A stretch of DNA of 64,000 nt, from positions 823,848 to 887,847 of the forward strand of contig NW_005434659.1 of assembly GCF_000315625.1 (NCBI RefSeq). Reading direction: 5' to 3'. Under the pieces are notes generated by a model. The model was not told the DNA's origin, did no database searches, and saw only the letters and a program-made list of their open reading frames with translations. A program made the position numbers and the translations under genes. The stretch's first letter is position 1, and every line of letters starts with the position of its first letter. Positions 1-14,700 of this stretch are shown here, piece after piece. Origin of the DNA: Guillardia theta CCMP2712 (taxonomy: Eukaryota; Protista; Cryptophyta).

Positions 1-3000
1 TGTGAAGGTAGCATGAAAGAGGCGAGATAATCTCCAATGTCCTTCATAAGATTCGACAAGTTGCTGTCTGTGAGATTGACAAGTGCTCCTGGTTTTTTTT
101 CTCTCTCGTTTTCCTCAACACCGCAAACACACAATTGAAAGCGAAGTCCCATTATCACAGAGTTGTTTTTGCGTTTTTCATAAAGATCTCTAATCTTGGT
201 CAACATACCTTTCAAATCTTCAACTGTTGCATATTCCCTCCAGCTTGACAAGAAGTTTGTGAACGTCGGGTATAAGGAATCGTTTTCGCTAGACGTGTCG
301 ATCATTTCTATATTATACGTCATCAGATCACGAAGGAATGACCAGCATCGTGATGCTTCCTTGGTACTTAGCGTCTGTAGTGACAGCTCTTTGTAAGAGA
401 ACCAAAGTCTTTGCGTCTCTGTAACAAGAACCATGGCATACCTTATCTTTGTGGATCCATTTTCTTGGTTTTCCTGGATTAAGTATGTTTCAGTTTCAAA
501 GAAGACTTGGAGTATGTTTTCCCGATGATTTTTCAAGACAGCTGGATTTCGATTAAGCTTTAAATAATTGATAATCAATTTGAAAAAGAAGATCTTGGTA
601 ATTTTCTTTTCTTGCATCTGGTCTTGAATTGTAGAAAATATATCGTTCAAGATCAAATTTATCTTATCGAGATCATCATTGTACAATTGTTCAAAACTGA
701 GAAGTGCAAAGCACAGGGAATGCATACACTCATTCTCGTCAAGACGATCTCCATGGATGCAGAAGTTCAGATCGTATGGAGCTGACTTTTCAATAGCTTG
801 GACATTTCTAGTTCGAAATTGTTTTTGCCAATCATTTAACACTTCTTGACTGGGTTCGAAAGTTGACTGACTGGATGATTTTGAGTTGTCTTGAAAATTT
901 TCATCATGCTTGAGGTCAGTCTCATTGTCCTCTCCGAAGTAACTTATCATGGATTCTGATGGTTCATACGGCCTTGTTTCACCATTGATGATAAAGTTCC
1001 AATCCCATTTCTTGACCAAGATTTCAAAAAACAATTCTGGTTCAAATTGTGTACGTGCAAATATGATTGATAAGGTACTTTGACATGCCTGATAAAATTC
1101 TCTAGCGAGACTTCCATCTTCTGAGGGTAATGGTAAATTGCAAACTCTCTCTAAACCCTTAATCAAGGCTATGGAGATATCATCTTGGGATTGTTGTGAC
1201 TTGAGATAAACCAACTTTACAACATGCAACAAGCATATGATTTTGTTCTGGTCACTTTGAGAAAATTTTTCTGCTGCAATCAATGAATTTGCACCATTCG
1301 TGATCATTCGAAAACATTTTTGAAACAAAGACACCACACTGGCTTCCTTCATCGTTGCATATCCCCTCATGCAAAGCTCTTTCAAGGTCCACCTGCATCC
1401 TTGCCCTTTATCACTTCCACATTGGATCCACTGACTCTCAACAAGAGTGTACATAGCATCCTCTTGCTCTTCTTCTGACAACTTTGCAAAGAAGATATCC
1501 AAGACGTGATGAACATCTGCCTTGGTCTTTTCTGTGCACTCAGCAGCTGAGGCGAAAAATGAAGTCATGACCTCTAGTGCCTCGATCTTGTCCGTGTTTG
1601 CAATAAATCGTATGATTTGTGCTATGCATGACTCTCTTTCTTGATTCGAAATCTTGGAAAGCTCAGGATTTAAATATCCTTTGAGAGATTGTATGATCAT
1701 GGTCCTGTCACAATCAAACCGCAATAGATTGAAAAGCATAGGCAGCAAGGTTGTAAGTTCTTCAAAGAGCGGTTTGCGTTCAAGAAATGCACACAACCAT
1801 TTTTGGCAGGAAATAATGAACTTGCCTGTTTCTGAACTCTGTTTGTCATTAATGACAAAGTTTAGAAGATCACTGATCAAGCGAATCAAATCCAAAGATT
1901 GCTGACGTGACACACTTAGCATATTAAATAGTGTCTCTTTTGCAATGATGCAGCTGCAGGATATTGTTTTTACGAGAGATTTTCCCTCTTGATGCAATCT
2001 TTGTAGTTTGCATGTGTCAATCATATTACTGAGCAACTTTACATGCTTCAAACTACTGGCACAATCAAGGTCTTGGACATTTTCAAGAAAGTGACGATCG
2101 AAAGTCGTTCTGTATCTCAAGTACAACTCAACTAGTTCGTTTTCCGCACCTCTGATGACATCTTGAAAATATTTGTCAGGCATCTTCTTCAACTCTAAAG
2201 CAACATGTAAAAGCTCTGGTAAATAAAGATCTTTGTTCGTTTGGGCATAATGCCAGATTTCTTCAGCTATGTTCCGTTGCATTTTCTCTCCGCAAAGCGC
2301 ATAACCTCTCTTGATGAGTAGCATGCAATTTCGAAAGTAGACTCTCAGCTCCGTATGTCCAAATTTTGCTACTAGCATATTGAAATTTTGTAGTGATAAG
2401 ACATTACCCTGATCGCAAAGGTTGAGAATATTCTGTTGAAAGGTTTGTCGAATGGACTGACATGACCGAATGCATTCCAGGATCTTGTCTATGATGTTTA
2501 TGACTTCCTGCTCACAGTCTTTGTTCGAAATCTCTGTGCTTTTAGCTCCTAGAGGACACAAGCAATCCCAAAGAAACACGGCATTGATTTTAGGCAGAAG
2601 GTCTGCTGCTGAATTCTGCGTCGTAAATCGTTTGAAAATCTCATGGCAAAGAAGCAGCTCAATCTTCACTAGATGCCAAGTTCGAGCTGTCTTGTTATTT
2701 GGTGATATGAAATCTTCAGGGCAAGGTAAGAGCTCCAGCAATGCCGTTTCATGAACTGCATCCATCCGTTTCTCGATATCAAAGCCGAGGTTGATCAACC
2801 ATACAAAAGACTCTAATCTCAAAGTTGCGGTCGTTGCCACATCTTTAAAGCGTATACGAAGCAATGAAATCAGTCGTTCTTCATTGAAGGGACTGCCAAT
2901 GTCCTGGTTATCTTCTCTAAATTTTTGGACTAGATTTTGGCAATAGACACGAGTTGACTTATATGGAGAAAACAAACCTTGCATTACCCTCTCAACAAAT

Positions 3001-6000
3001 TTCTCGAATTCTTCAACGTCTTCGTTTTGGTGTACTCGGTATGATTGGATCAAAAGCTTTTCAGTCTGGGCCAAGGCTCGCATAATGTTGAGCTCTACCT
3101 TTGGCATTGAGTAATCTGTGGCTGTGAAATTCAAACCGATCATGCAGCAAGTGCAGAGCTTAATTGTATGCTGCTTCACAAAAAATCCGAAATCACAATT
3201 TCCATTCATTAGAAAGTTTGCAAGGTCAACGGTGATAAGAGATCCGGCCAGCCGTTGAGAAGCATCTGGGTGGCTCAGGATGCCGTACAATCTATTCATA
3301 AGAAGAGTGATTACCGCATCTTCAGGTTTTTGTCGCTTAGATCGCTGGCTCCTCGCTTTCTCTAAAAGCTTCTCCAGCATCATTACAGCCCACTTCGTTG
3401 AGGCTACCGACGACCGTGAGTCTTCAATGATCGCATCAAACGCTTCGACAGAGAAACATGCTAGTGTTTGGCAATCAGAAGTAAGCCAGTTGATGATTTG
3501 TTCGTTGAGAGTGCTACAGATCATTCTGATCTCCTTGACAATGTCTGCACTGAATGTCAAGATAGTTCCGTACAGTTGTCCGAAGGTATGTAAAACAGAC
3601 AGTTCAGCCTTATCTTCAGATTTTTTACCGTTGGATTTGATTTTGCCAATGACGAGACACGTTATTGTGTGCAAAATCTCTGCGAATATCAGTCTCGTCT
3701 TTTGATCAGGAAAATCAGATGCTATTTCGAGAATACGCGCTGTGATCTTGTCCAGGTAAAAGACCCCCAGTGCTCCTTTCTCCAAGGTCAGTCGGAGAAG
3801 AGCTGAATGGTTGTTCACATTTCCCCTGAGATCTGCATCCACTGATGTATGCCACATCAGGTGACTTGTCTTTCCAAGTATGCAAATTGCTCGCCTTGCA
3901 AACTCTACATGTACCTCAGCGTTCTTTTCCACACGACTTCTTCTCCGCGTATCTTGCCTCGACCTACTGTTCATTTTGCTCTCCTGCTGAATATTTCTGT
4001 CCTTTTGCAAGTAGAGCTCGACGAGTCTGCAGACTTCCACTAGTTGAGAAATATGCTCAAGCTGCTCACTTTCTATCCATTCCTCGATGAACTTCAAAGT
4101 TCGATCAAGAAGTGTCTCTCGAGCAAACCCAACAGACAACGAAAGTCGGACGACGCGGTCATGGATTGAAAACTCGATGAGGTCCATGGGTATAGCCATC
4201 ACAAACTCGAGGCTGCAGCAAAGATCTTCCTCGTTCTCATGTTGCATGGAAAGATCGGACACCTGTGCTCATGAATGATTAACTTTCAATAGATGAGAAA
4301 TCATTTTTCTCACATTGCGGGCGAGCTGTTGAAGTTCATTCAAGCTTTGTAAGTAATCTTTTAGCTCTTTGGATCTGCTAGAGATCTGAATGCTTGGTGT
4401 CAGAATTTTCAAGAGACCGGTTAGTGTTGGGTTTCGAACTGCAATCATCAGGATAGATCTCATGAAAGCTCTCAGATTCAGATTCTCCATATTCGAGCAT
4501 CTAACCAGCTTTTCCAGTACTCCAGCGCAGAGGTTGCACAGTTTGCTGTAGATTCTAAGGTCATTGTGGTTTCCAGGAGACAAAAACCTCGATTGGGGTG
4601 AGTCTGGACCATCGCCAGGCCGTCTTTCAATTGTCAAGGACAAATCCAAGGAGTTGAGAATTATGACAGTCTGGCTTAGAAGACGATTTAAGATGTCAAA
4701 TTGAACCTCCTGAAGGCCAATATTGCATTTGTTCTTGTCTCCCTGTCTAGATTGTACATTGTTCTCAATCCATTCCACATGAGTGTTGTCCAGTATGCAG
4801 GTCCAGAGGTTAATTAGTGAAGTAGAGGAATTCTCATTCTGCTCTTCTGCTTGTTCTACTGAAAGTAAACGGTTTCCCGGCTGGGTGGATTCAATGCTGG
4901 CAGAGAGAGCAGTTGGAACGAGAAAGGAACAGTTAAGGTCTGGAGTAGAGCACGTCTTCACTGAGAAGTACAGAAAGAACCAAGCACGCTCATGGAGATA
5001 TTGCTTGATCTTCATGATCGATGGATAAGATTGGAAGAGAAATCGGACTGCTTCACCAATGAAGAAAGAGCAATCTTGATCTTCAACCGCTTTCTGCAAA
5101 GTACTCACAAATCGATTTTTTCTAGATGATGTGATCGTACCGGGATGTTCAAGATGACGTCAGCGACGGATATGAGAAAATTAGGTAGGATCTCAACCAT
5201 CAGATTGTTTTGCTCCTCATCATCCGGCTTACTCAAAACGAGATTCCAGTATCTCCAGCAGCTTGGTATAAAATCATCCAAGACATTCATTTGATAACTT
5301 GCTACATGCGATGAAATAGACCCTCTTCCTCTGAAAGAGAGAGACACGCACCTCAAATCGCTCTCTTCCATCAAGTCCTTGTATGTGACGTACAAGTCTT
5401 CCACTTCTTGTCGTGATAGAGGATACTTCCTTAGATGACTGCTCCAGGCGTCGAATGCGCTCAGAGCAGCTGACCTAACTTCTCTGTCGACATGTCTGCA
5501 CCATTTCAAGAGAGTATTGCAAATCGTGGGAATCCTCACACATTCTATCAAGTACTTAGCAACAATTTTCGGATGCTCCTCAAGCAGTCTCAAAGAGGCT
5601 TTCACCACATCATACTTGCGAATCTTAGTTGTTGTATCCAGCCACTTCCACAGGGTTGTTGTGCAGTCCTTCATCAGTTCTTGACTGCTTGCCTCGATCT
5701 CTTTGAATCGGAAATGCGACATCAACCCTCTCATCCCAGAGATGCATCCACCAGGACCACATATTGTCTTCTCATTCTTGATGTGCGAGGAGAGAGCCTT
5801 TCTGTAATACTCGTATGCAGTCTTGTTTCCTGCCATCACACAGTTGTCCAGCGCTTCAGGATGTTTGAAGCAGAGGCGGTTGCACACTTCAATTCTTTCT
5901 GCAAGCAAAGTAGCGTTCTTTGAGAGCTGATTATCCAACAATTGACCGACGACAAACTGACAAGTAGTCTTGACCGTATTTTGAAACTCTTCTGATGTTC

Positions 6001-6515
6001 TCCCTTGTTTTGAAATCCTGGCGTCTAATGTGACGGCAAGGAGTTTATATGCATACTTTTGCTGCGGAATGAGCAAGTTAGCACGTCATCCAAGAAAAAA
6101 GCACTGATGATTCCTCTAGACGTACCGTTGTTGCCTCGTAAGTTTTGCTGCTGACCACGTTGCGACAAAACTCAAAGATCTCTTGAAACTGCTTCAAGTC
6201 CAGGCAGAGTTGGTGATTCGAGTATCTTTCCAAGTGTTCCTTCATTGCTGAAATTGACTTCTGAGATGGCGGCAAAGATTTCAACAGGCTGAATTCTCCG
6301 CTGAAGATGTTGAAATTCAATGAAGCTGGATTCTCGGTCAATTACAAGCGAAGATCTGGAATGAGGCCTTACCGATTGATGTGATGTCTTTCCTTTCATA
6401 TATACTCCTAATGTACCCGACGTCTTTCAGGCGATCCAGACAAATATCTGAAAATAGAGATTCATCTCAACTAACATGGAGTGTTAGATGCATTGCCTGC
6501 AGATTGAGCTGACAT
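1..6515 (-). CDS. PRKDC: DNA-dependent protein kinase catalytic subunit, N-terminal HEAT region (multi-exon; continues off the left edge)
   Basis: Segments match DNA-PKcs motifs as recalled from the human protein: KYDVVKASLRLLEEH..LLKWCRHVDREVRSAALSAF (cf. [35 protein letters not shown]), GCISGMRGLMSHF, EDLCCSLEFVMAIP..LSVGF..FIEEW, FYQACQSTLISIFARTQ, DRLDENECM. The long exon from about 4263 to 1 is missing from the ORF track, presumably because it runs off the window (spot-checked, not fully translated). Start is approximate. Confidence 0.88.
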
Positions 6516-6679
6516 AGTCTCAAGCTTGAGAATCTCTCTATCACGTATCGAAATTTTCAGTCAAATTTGGAACATCTCAAGTTGACTAAAAAAGAGGCCT
6601 CTGCCTTCCCTGAACCTGCGCCAGCTTTTTATGACCGAACACATGTGTGTCGTGCAAGCTGAAAGAGTCGAATTCATTA

Positions 6680-9004
6680 TTATGTTACAGTGTAGATCTG
6701 GGGCAGCAAGAGGAAGAACGAGAGGATTAAGAACAGAGAATGCACTAGTGAGTCTTGTCGCAATGCAGTGGAGCTAGCACCCGAAGTCACCTCTGTGACC
6801 TGCGTCACAGTTTTGCAATTCGGTATTCCTGGAATGGGCATCAACTTCAGGCAACTTGCAACTAAACGCTTGTCTTTGATTGCATACCATTCCTCAAAAG
6901 CTCTCCATTCAGAGAAATGATGCTAATGGTTTGCTTTGTTGACGTGACCAAACTTTCTGTCGTCTGAATCTTCAAGGAAGTAGTTAGAAGGCTCGCAGGA
7001 CGTGGCACTAGAAAGGAAGAACGGAGTGCCGATACCTTTGTCTTGAGATTGCAAAGATCTGGAGACGCGTCCTGAGCTTGCACGACTGTGACCATGGACA
7101 CCTGCAGTTGAAGAATGAGGAGTAGACTTGAGAGCAATCGACGTGTCTTACATCAACTTGTGAGAGGGTCGCCACGCTCTTCCTGTACAAGTAGCTCCTG
7201 CATGCAGGTGGTATGAACGCACAGCATGAGCTCAAGCAGCGGGGAACTCACCTTTTCTGATATTGGGAACAAGTCATTGTCGCCTCACACTCAAACTCCA
7301 GGTATCGAATCTTCTCCGTCCCTGTTGGCGTAGACAAGGAAAGTGAGCTCACCAACAGCGTGCCGGCCTCAAGTCCTTGCTCCACCAACGCGCTGCTTAC
7401 GCTGCTTGCTGTTAAACTGGCCAAAATGGTTGACCCACCAATCAGGTCAGCTGTTTGCACCGCAAACTCAACGGTGGAGCTTGCGGTCTGTCGGCGACTG
7501 CTTGTGATCGCGGTGATGGTGACCCTGTCAACAGACAAGGAGCAAGCTTTTGCTATGGCAGTGCGGAACTTCGACTTCTTGGTCTCGTCGAAGCTGGAAG
7601 GAGGGACAGGCATGGTCACAGCTCCGCTGACAGAGATAGGAAATGTCGAAATAGGGGAGGGTGTCGGCGTAGCCGAAGCTGAAACCGTCATCGTCACTTG
7701 AAATAACAAGTGAATGCAACAGGCCTGAAGGAATCACTACTCCGCTGGCTATGCAATCAGCGGTACTCTTTGATTGCTTACAATTTCTTTGAGCAAAATC
7801 CGCTCGGTTCTGAATTCAATTATCAATAAGTGATCACAACAAACATCTTCACTTACAAAACACTGCCAGTATCCTATACAAGCTTCTTGGCATGCTGAAG
7901 AAACGGTTGAGGTTCCAGCTACACAAGGAGAAAGGAATTGTGTGCACATGTACTGTCAAGAAAGCAAGAAACCAGTTAAGAAAGTCAGCGAATCAACGAG
8001 GTTCTTACCGACTTGAAGTACAGTAGACACTTAGTGCTTGAATCGTAACCTTTTGTCAAGTATGACGCGTATGACGCTATGAAGATGTATCACACACAAT
8101 GATCAAGATGTTTCACACGTACATACCCTTCACAACTGAATCAATCGTCTGTGCTGTTGTGGAGAAAGAATCATTGGAGGAGAAGCCCACAGGCACAGTT
8201 CCATTCAACCCACTGAGAATAGAGCAGAAGCTCAGGCTCACTAGTGGCAGACATGTACCAGGACAAGCACAGCATGGAGCTGCTGCGGGAGGAGAGCTTG
8301 CGTTGGTGCTGTTCACTGTTGAGTTGCTTGAAGCTGACGTTGTGTTTGAGTCCGTGGAATTAGAAGTGGATGTTGTGTTCGAGTCCGTGGCATTAGAAGC
8401 GGATGTTGTGTTTGAGTCTGTGGCGTTGGTACTGGTCTCATTGCTGGAATTAGTGGAAAGCAGATGAGCGATGAGTTGGTCCAACGAAAAATTTTCAGTC
8501 CACGAAATGCTGCGAGTCCGTTCGTCCCCACTCCACGGACTAGCCCCAATAACAGGTACTCTGATAAAGCAGTCCATGAATCAACATATGCAATTTCCAG
8601 TGAATCTTTCACCTTTCATCGTCCTCAATTTGGAGATCCGTTGCTTGAGAATTGAATTGGTGCACCTCTGATTCAGTCGACGGGAGGAGAAGATTTCTTC
8701 GTGCACCCTGCTTTTCGTTCACTACACCAGCATGCTTGTTGTTGGAAGAGCTTACACTCCCTCCCGACGAGCACGAACAACACTTATCGAAGTTTGTCTG
8801 AGGTAAGATCAATCAGATTTTGATCAGCACATGAAAATGTAACATCACTGCTCTGAGCTTGCTTCTTGTGTATTCCAACAAGGACGGAAGCACATCATCT
8901 TGCGTCTCCATACTATCCTGTTCGTATCGCGTGCTGAGGATTCCAATCGCTGCCGCCATGACTACCAACGCCGCTCCTCCTGCCGTCCACACCTTCCAAG
9001 CCAT
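6680..9004 (-). CDS. Cys-rich cell-surface protein (Frizzled-CRD-like Cys domain, Asn/Thr/Ser linker, probable GPI-anchor C-terminus), multi-exon
   Basis: N-terminal hydrophobic stretch (AALVVMAAAIGIL); CRD-like Cys spacing (C..LSFC...KCLLYF..YMC...SPC.....ACQEAC..YWQC); C-terminus ...SGASSTALRQDSLVHSLFLILSFFLLLPQIYTVT*. Could be two genes. Confidence 0.5.
8330..8450. repeat. 30-bp coding tandem repeat (NxTDSNTTS), about 3-4 copies
   Basis: gttgtgttYgagtcYgtgg recurs every 30 nt and encodes multiple N-glycosylation sequons. Confidence 0.85.
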
Positions 9005-9241
9005 TTTACCTTGCCCCGGTGGGTGGATGAGTCATTTTCTGTACATATGTACCCCACGTTAGCAACTAAAAATAACCGGTACTATTCCACTGCCCACTTC
9101 TTTCAAAGTTTGAAAGCCGACCGTATTCAAATTTTCAAAAATAAAATGAACCAGATGGCCCGTCAGGCAACAGCCTGAGGAATGTATATTAGCTAAACGA
9201 CACAAAACATAAGTTTTATATATGATAATTTCAAGAATTCA

Positions 9242-11360
9242 TCATTCATAGAATCGAACATGATATCTCCACGCATGGAATGCAGGCGAGAGGATTGTGA
9301 AGTTTGTGGGGGGATCTTTGGCAGGGCTCTGTTCTATGATAATCTTCTCGACCGGCAAGTCCTGCATAGCGACTCCTTCAGCAGCTTCAAGCCGCGAATG
9401 CATTATGGACCTGTGACGATGCCTCATGCCTGTCAGCGTCGTACTTCTCGACAGGAGTGTTCCGTTCAACCTCCAGAAAACGTCAGGCATATGAGTCTCC
9501 CCGCCTCCTTCAAACCAGGGAATCCGATTCACGCCTCTCAATTTGAATGTGCTGAGATGAAGGAGTAGGCAGCCCTTGCATGCCTTTGCGTATTGCACTT
9601 ACACGTCTCCAGACTCTTTGTATGTGAACAGCGGACTGGATCCTTTGTTACGCGCATTACTACCACAGAGAATGAGGTACCTTCGCAATGCGACATATGC
9701 AGACCCTTTGTGATCGACAAGAACAGTCTAGCACGACATGACATGCAGCGGGCTGCAACGACTGATTCAGAATATCAAAATTTGGACTTCAAATCGATAC
9801 CCTGACACTTTCGACTCGCCACGAATGGAAAATCTTCAGATGGTCGTTACAGCGATATCAAAATTGAGCAAGTGTTACCTTGGATATCCAGCTCTTTCTC
9901 AGGAGTCTGCAGAATGTATGGTGTCGATGACTGCACCATCAACACATGAGGACGAATCTAATACCGAGAAAGTTATAAGGAATGATTAGAATTACCTTGC
10001 CGAACGTTGCCTGACGACAAAAATGTACCACTTTTGAAGCATGTTGAACTGTAAACGATGGACGCAAAACTTTTCAAGCCTTTGAATAACCCTTGGTTGA
10101 GATCGAGTTAGTTTCATGAAGAATCATCGACAGGCTGTACCCCAGCCGCGCAAGACTCTTTGTCCGGTTGTAAACGACTGCATCGAAGCATTTCTTTAAT
10201 ACTTTTTTCCCATGCATGACCTCCAAAAACGCAGCCCTGAACATGACTTCGCGCTTGGCAATCCTCTTCTTCGATTTCTTAGAGAGATCTCCAAGGAATC
10301 TGATAATCTGCTTCATTTTCAACTTGTCGACTTGATGTCGAACCATCTGAAGATCAAATCGACATAAACACGGAAGTGGTAAATCGAGTGCAACCGTATG
10401 ACCTGTTCTTTCTGCTGCTTTTGCTGTTTTGATCTAGATTTCCAAAAGAAAACCTCTGCATGGACGATCAAGATGAACCAAAGGGCATACAAAACACTTA
10501 AGATGAGCAAAGAAGCATACGAAGCACTCCAGTTGGGGGACTACCTTTCTCTTCCTGGGTGATTTCACGTTGCTCATTGAGGCATTTCTGTAGTTCCTTC
10601 ACTAGAATGAGACTGTCGAGTAATATTGAGTCGAAAAAGTCTTGATTTCTCCTGCTCAGGTGTAAGACTCATCTCTTTTCTTTGTTTACCTGTGAAGCAG
10701 ACCTTGTAGAAGGGTGTGGGCTCGTTTGGGCGACAGAGTTCGCGTTAGATTCAAAATCTGGATATAATTCTTCGATGACCTCGCAAACATCATGAAAGAC
10801 TCTCCGTGCTAGGATCGCGCGCTTCTGTGTTGGGCTTTAGTTTATTCGCAATACTGCCGAAGTCAGCAAGAACATTACCTCTTCAGCACCTGATATGTCA
10901 TATCGGATCTGTTTCAACAGTTCTTTCCTGGCCCCATCAAAATCTGCATTCACCTCTTGCTGACGACCATCATCTGCAGATCTCTGCTCTTGTAGACCTC
11001 CCCACAGCCCTGGGCTTCGTGCCTTGGCTCCCAGCATGTTTGAAGGACTTGACAGTCGCTCATGTTCTAGCTTGTGTTCCCGCCATGTTTGATGGGAGGA
11101 GACTGGTCAAAAATACCTGATAGTTTTTCGAAGTTTACACTCAAATCATGTTGCCAGGGGTCAAAGTACCCCTACTAGACACTGCAGATTATGGGGTACA
11201 AAACGGTTTTGATCGAATCAAATCCGAGCAGGCACAACAATTTTGGGCAGCAGATGTCCCAAGACTCCCGCGGGAGTGCAGAAATCGGAGGAAGCAGCAG
11301 AGCAGGAGCGGGGGAACGAGGAGGAGCAGGAGCGGGGGCAGCAGTAGGAGCAGGAGCGGG

Positions 11361-11397
<37 letters not shown>

Positions 11398-11741
11398 GGT
11401 AGGAGCAGGAGAAGCAGCAGGAGCGGGAGCAGCATTAGGAGCGGGAGAGCGGGAGCTGGATCATAAAAAGAAAGGAAGTTGATGAATCAGATTACAGCAG
11501 GAAGATTATAGGAGGAAGCAGAACCAAGCTTATGCAGCTGAGAATGAAGTCGCTGACATCTGAGATGGAGAATGTAAGGCACACGTGATCATAACAAATA
11601 CCACGCACCATTTGTATTCACTTTCCTGTGATTGACGCCCTGCCCTTTCAGGAAGTTCGAGATGAGCTCTACTTCTCGGAGGGATTCCTTCAGTCCCGAA
11701 TGATATAGGATCCCTGCATTGATATACCAAGACCTCGCCAT
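9242..11741 (-). CDS. Multi-exon hypothetical protein with Sfi1-like (centrin-binding) F..W repeats
   Basis: Exon fragments ILSPAFHAWRYHV, KVLKKCFDAVVYN, VFFWKSRSKQQKQQK and IFRWFDIK resemble Sfi1 repeats. Start and exon structure are uncertain. Confidence 0.35.
11295..11460. repeat. GCA / GGAGCA(G) simple repeat
   Basis: (gca)n and ggagcaggagcggg units seen directly. Confidence 0.9.
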
Positions 11742-14700
11742 GAGTGCTAAGGTTACAAAGTATGTGGCATTGCAACTCAAGAATCTTCTTGGAACCTACT
11801 TGGATGGTAGATTTCCTGTTCCCTTCAGAGAGTTGCTTGATTGAAGTTTGTTGTTCAGGAGTGACTGAAGATTCGCTGAATCTTCAGCTACTTGGAGGAA
11901 AATTAAAATTGGAGAATTTGAGCATCAAAGAAACTGCTCTTGCTTGGCTCGAGCTTCCGTTTCGCACATCTGGTACGAGAGATTTGCTGAATTCAGTTCA
12001 CTGTAGCTCTTATTTGAACAATTTAATGATGGTAAAACAGGCAAGGTGGGGCATCTAGAACTCTCTGTGAACTTTTTGCGATTTTGGTGGAACGAACCTG
12101 TCATCATCATCTTGAAAGATGTTGAAATCAACTTCGAACCCCTCGAACAGGCTAGTTTTGTAAAAGTGCAATGTTCTGCCTTCATCTCACTTATGTCCAG
12201 GGAGACACTCTGAGCTCAGATGACTATGCATCTCACTTCGAGCGCATCAGAATTTGGAAAGAGTCTCAAGTAAGGAAGATTGAGTGTGTACTGCGTTGTG
12301 ATCTTACGTTTCCTTTCATCAGATCCATGCACTCAATGAAAAACAAGAGGACGGAGAAAGAAAAGCTCCTAGCTTTCTAGCACGACTAGCAAAGAAAGTG
12401 AGGGACAACTTGCAGATACATATCAGCAATTTCAGGGTAAATATCATCGACAAACGAGCTTCAAGGGAAGGGGTAAGAAAGTCACTTTTGATCTTTCACC
12501 TTTGAACGTTTCCAATTCCAGCACAAATGCTTTACGCTAGGAATCGTCCTTGGCAGTTTGGTTGCGATGTCAGCTTCCAACAATGAATCAAAGGGTAATC
12601 AGCCTTCTGAAGATACCACGGCAACAGAAAAAGTCCTTGAAATTAAGGACTTGCAAATGCATCTGGTCTCCCATGATGACGAACGACGAGACTCTGCTGT
12701 AGCTGAGGTGATAGGAGACTTGTCAATCATTGCATCTCATGTTTGTCACAGAAAAATCTAGAAGATTTCCAGATCATCAAACCAATACATCTGGTAGTAC
12801 GCTTGACCATCAATGACAACCATCAATTCAAGGCTCCGCAGTTCCATTTTCGATTGGTAATACGCGAAATTTAATCTTCATGGCTTTTCATTTGTTCTCA
12901 GGAAATGAATAAGTTGGAATGGCGCTTTTTCAAGATGCAGTACATCATTATCTACAAGATTCTAGAAGAATGCAACATGTACAGAAGTAGAATAGAGCAT
13001 TGGTACTGGCGACCTCGAGAACCCCCCCTGAAGGATCCGAAAAAGTGGTTTCGATATGCGATTCGGAGGATTCGTGATCAGGTAGCTGGAGATGTCTTTC
13101 AACTTTTTCAATCTCTTTCTAACTTGTTCTCCTACCCGCAGGTTCATCATCGACGGTGCGCAACAAAGTTGGGAGAGCAGTACACCTGCACGTATTTGTC
13201 GCAGCTTCTATCGAACGACAGCAATGATGAAGGCCGGACGTTGCGGGCTTTCGAAAATCACCTCAATGCTGAGTCAATAGCAAGTTTCCGTCAGGTGATA
13301 CTTGTGGCTGAAAATCAAATCCACTGACATAGTATTGTTGTTGTTTCAGGCAGCAAAGCAAATGTCCGAGGCACATGAAGCAGCCGTGACAGAGGCCAAA
13401 AAGGCTGCGAGAAGTCAACAATCTTGGGGTCAGTGGGCGAGAAGTTTCGTGGTTTCGTCTTATGATCAGGACCTGGATAAATCTTCACTTGACGAAGAGA
13501 GCAAGAAGATTCTCAACGAAGCTCTTCAATTCTCGAATGCTTCGGATGACGCAATCGAAACAAATGCTTACCCGAGAGAGTATGCACGATTTCGAATTGA
13601 CTTCTCGATCTCTATGGGCTCTCTGACCCTCATCGAGAAAGGGTGGCTTGCAAATGAAGACCCGAAAGAATTGTGCTACATGCAGTTTGATGTTTTAGAT
13701 GGAAAATATGACATTCGGAGAGATACGTACATGTATGGTTTCTCCTTGCTGTCTTTTGAAATGCAGGATAGGCAGAACAGTATTGATGGGCTATCTCGGA
13801 TAGCTTCTTGCAACCACGAGATTAGCGACGATGATTCTGAAGCCAAACCACTCCTTACATGGAACTGGGATACACTTCCCACAAGTGACTCACCAAAGGA
13901 TGGGGGAAACATTGCTGTCACGCTTGATGGCTTGCACCTTATCTATAGCGTAGAGTGTGTTTTGGGGGTTTACAACTTCTGGATCGTACCCAAGGAGGAT
14001 CGATTCCCAACTTCAGCGGCGGAAATCGTTCAAGATCATGAAGACGATAGCTCCGAATGGCAATTACAACTGTGGAAAGACCGCACTCGATTCGATAAGA
14101 GAATGCAATGGCACATTTCTGTTCTGAAACCTTGTATTTTGTTTCCTGCGGATCATAAAAGTGATTCAGAGCCAGTAATAGTTTTCGATCTTGACAGCTT
14201 TGATTGGAAATCAGTGCTGATTAGTGGAGACGATGAGAAACTTGAATTTTTCGATCGAAACGTATTGGACGTGAAAAACACGCGATTTCGTCTTGCAGAA
14301 GATATTAATATCTGGCTACATTGCTTGGCAAATAATAGAACAGCTTGGATAATGAAGGGTATCACGTTAGCAACAGATTTTGACTTCCAAATCACGTGGG
14401 ATTGGTGCAAACTCACAGAACCAATCAGAGTCATGAAGGATCTTCCTAGACAGATAGTCAAGGGAACCCTTCCCTGCGCAAACCTCTTTTGTACAGCTGA
14501 ACAATACAACTCTTTCTGGTACGCTTTCTTCAAGGTCGTCAGGTCTCACTATCCACCGACAGATGTGGTCAAGGAAACTTCGACAATTAAGGTAGTCAAG
14601 CCTGAATCATCAGGATTGTCCTTTGAATTTGCGTTCGACATGAATGAGCTGAAGCTGAATCTGTTGGAATCGGCCTCCGATTCTTCTGCTCACGAACGAA

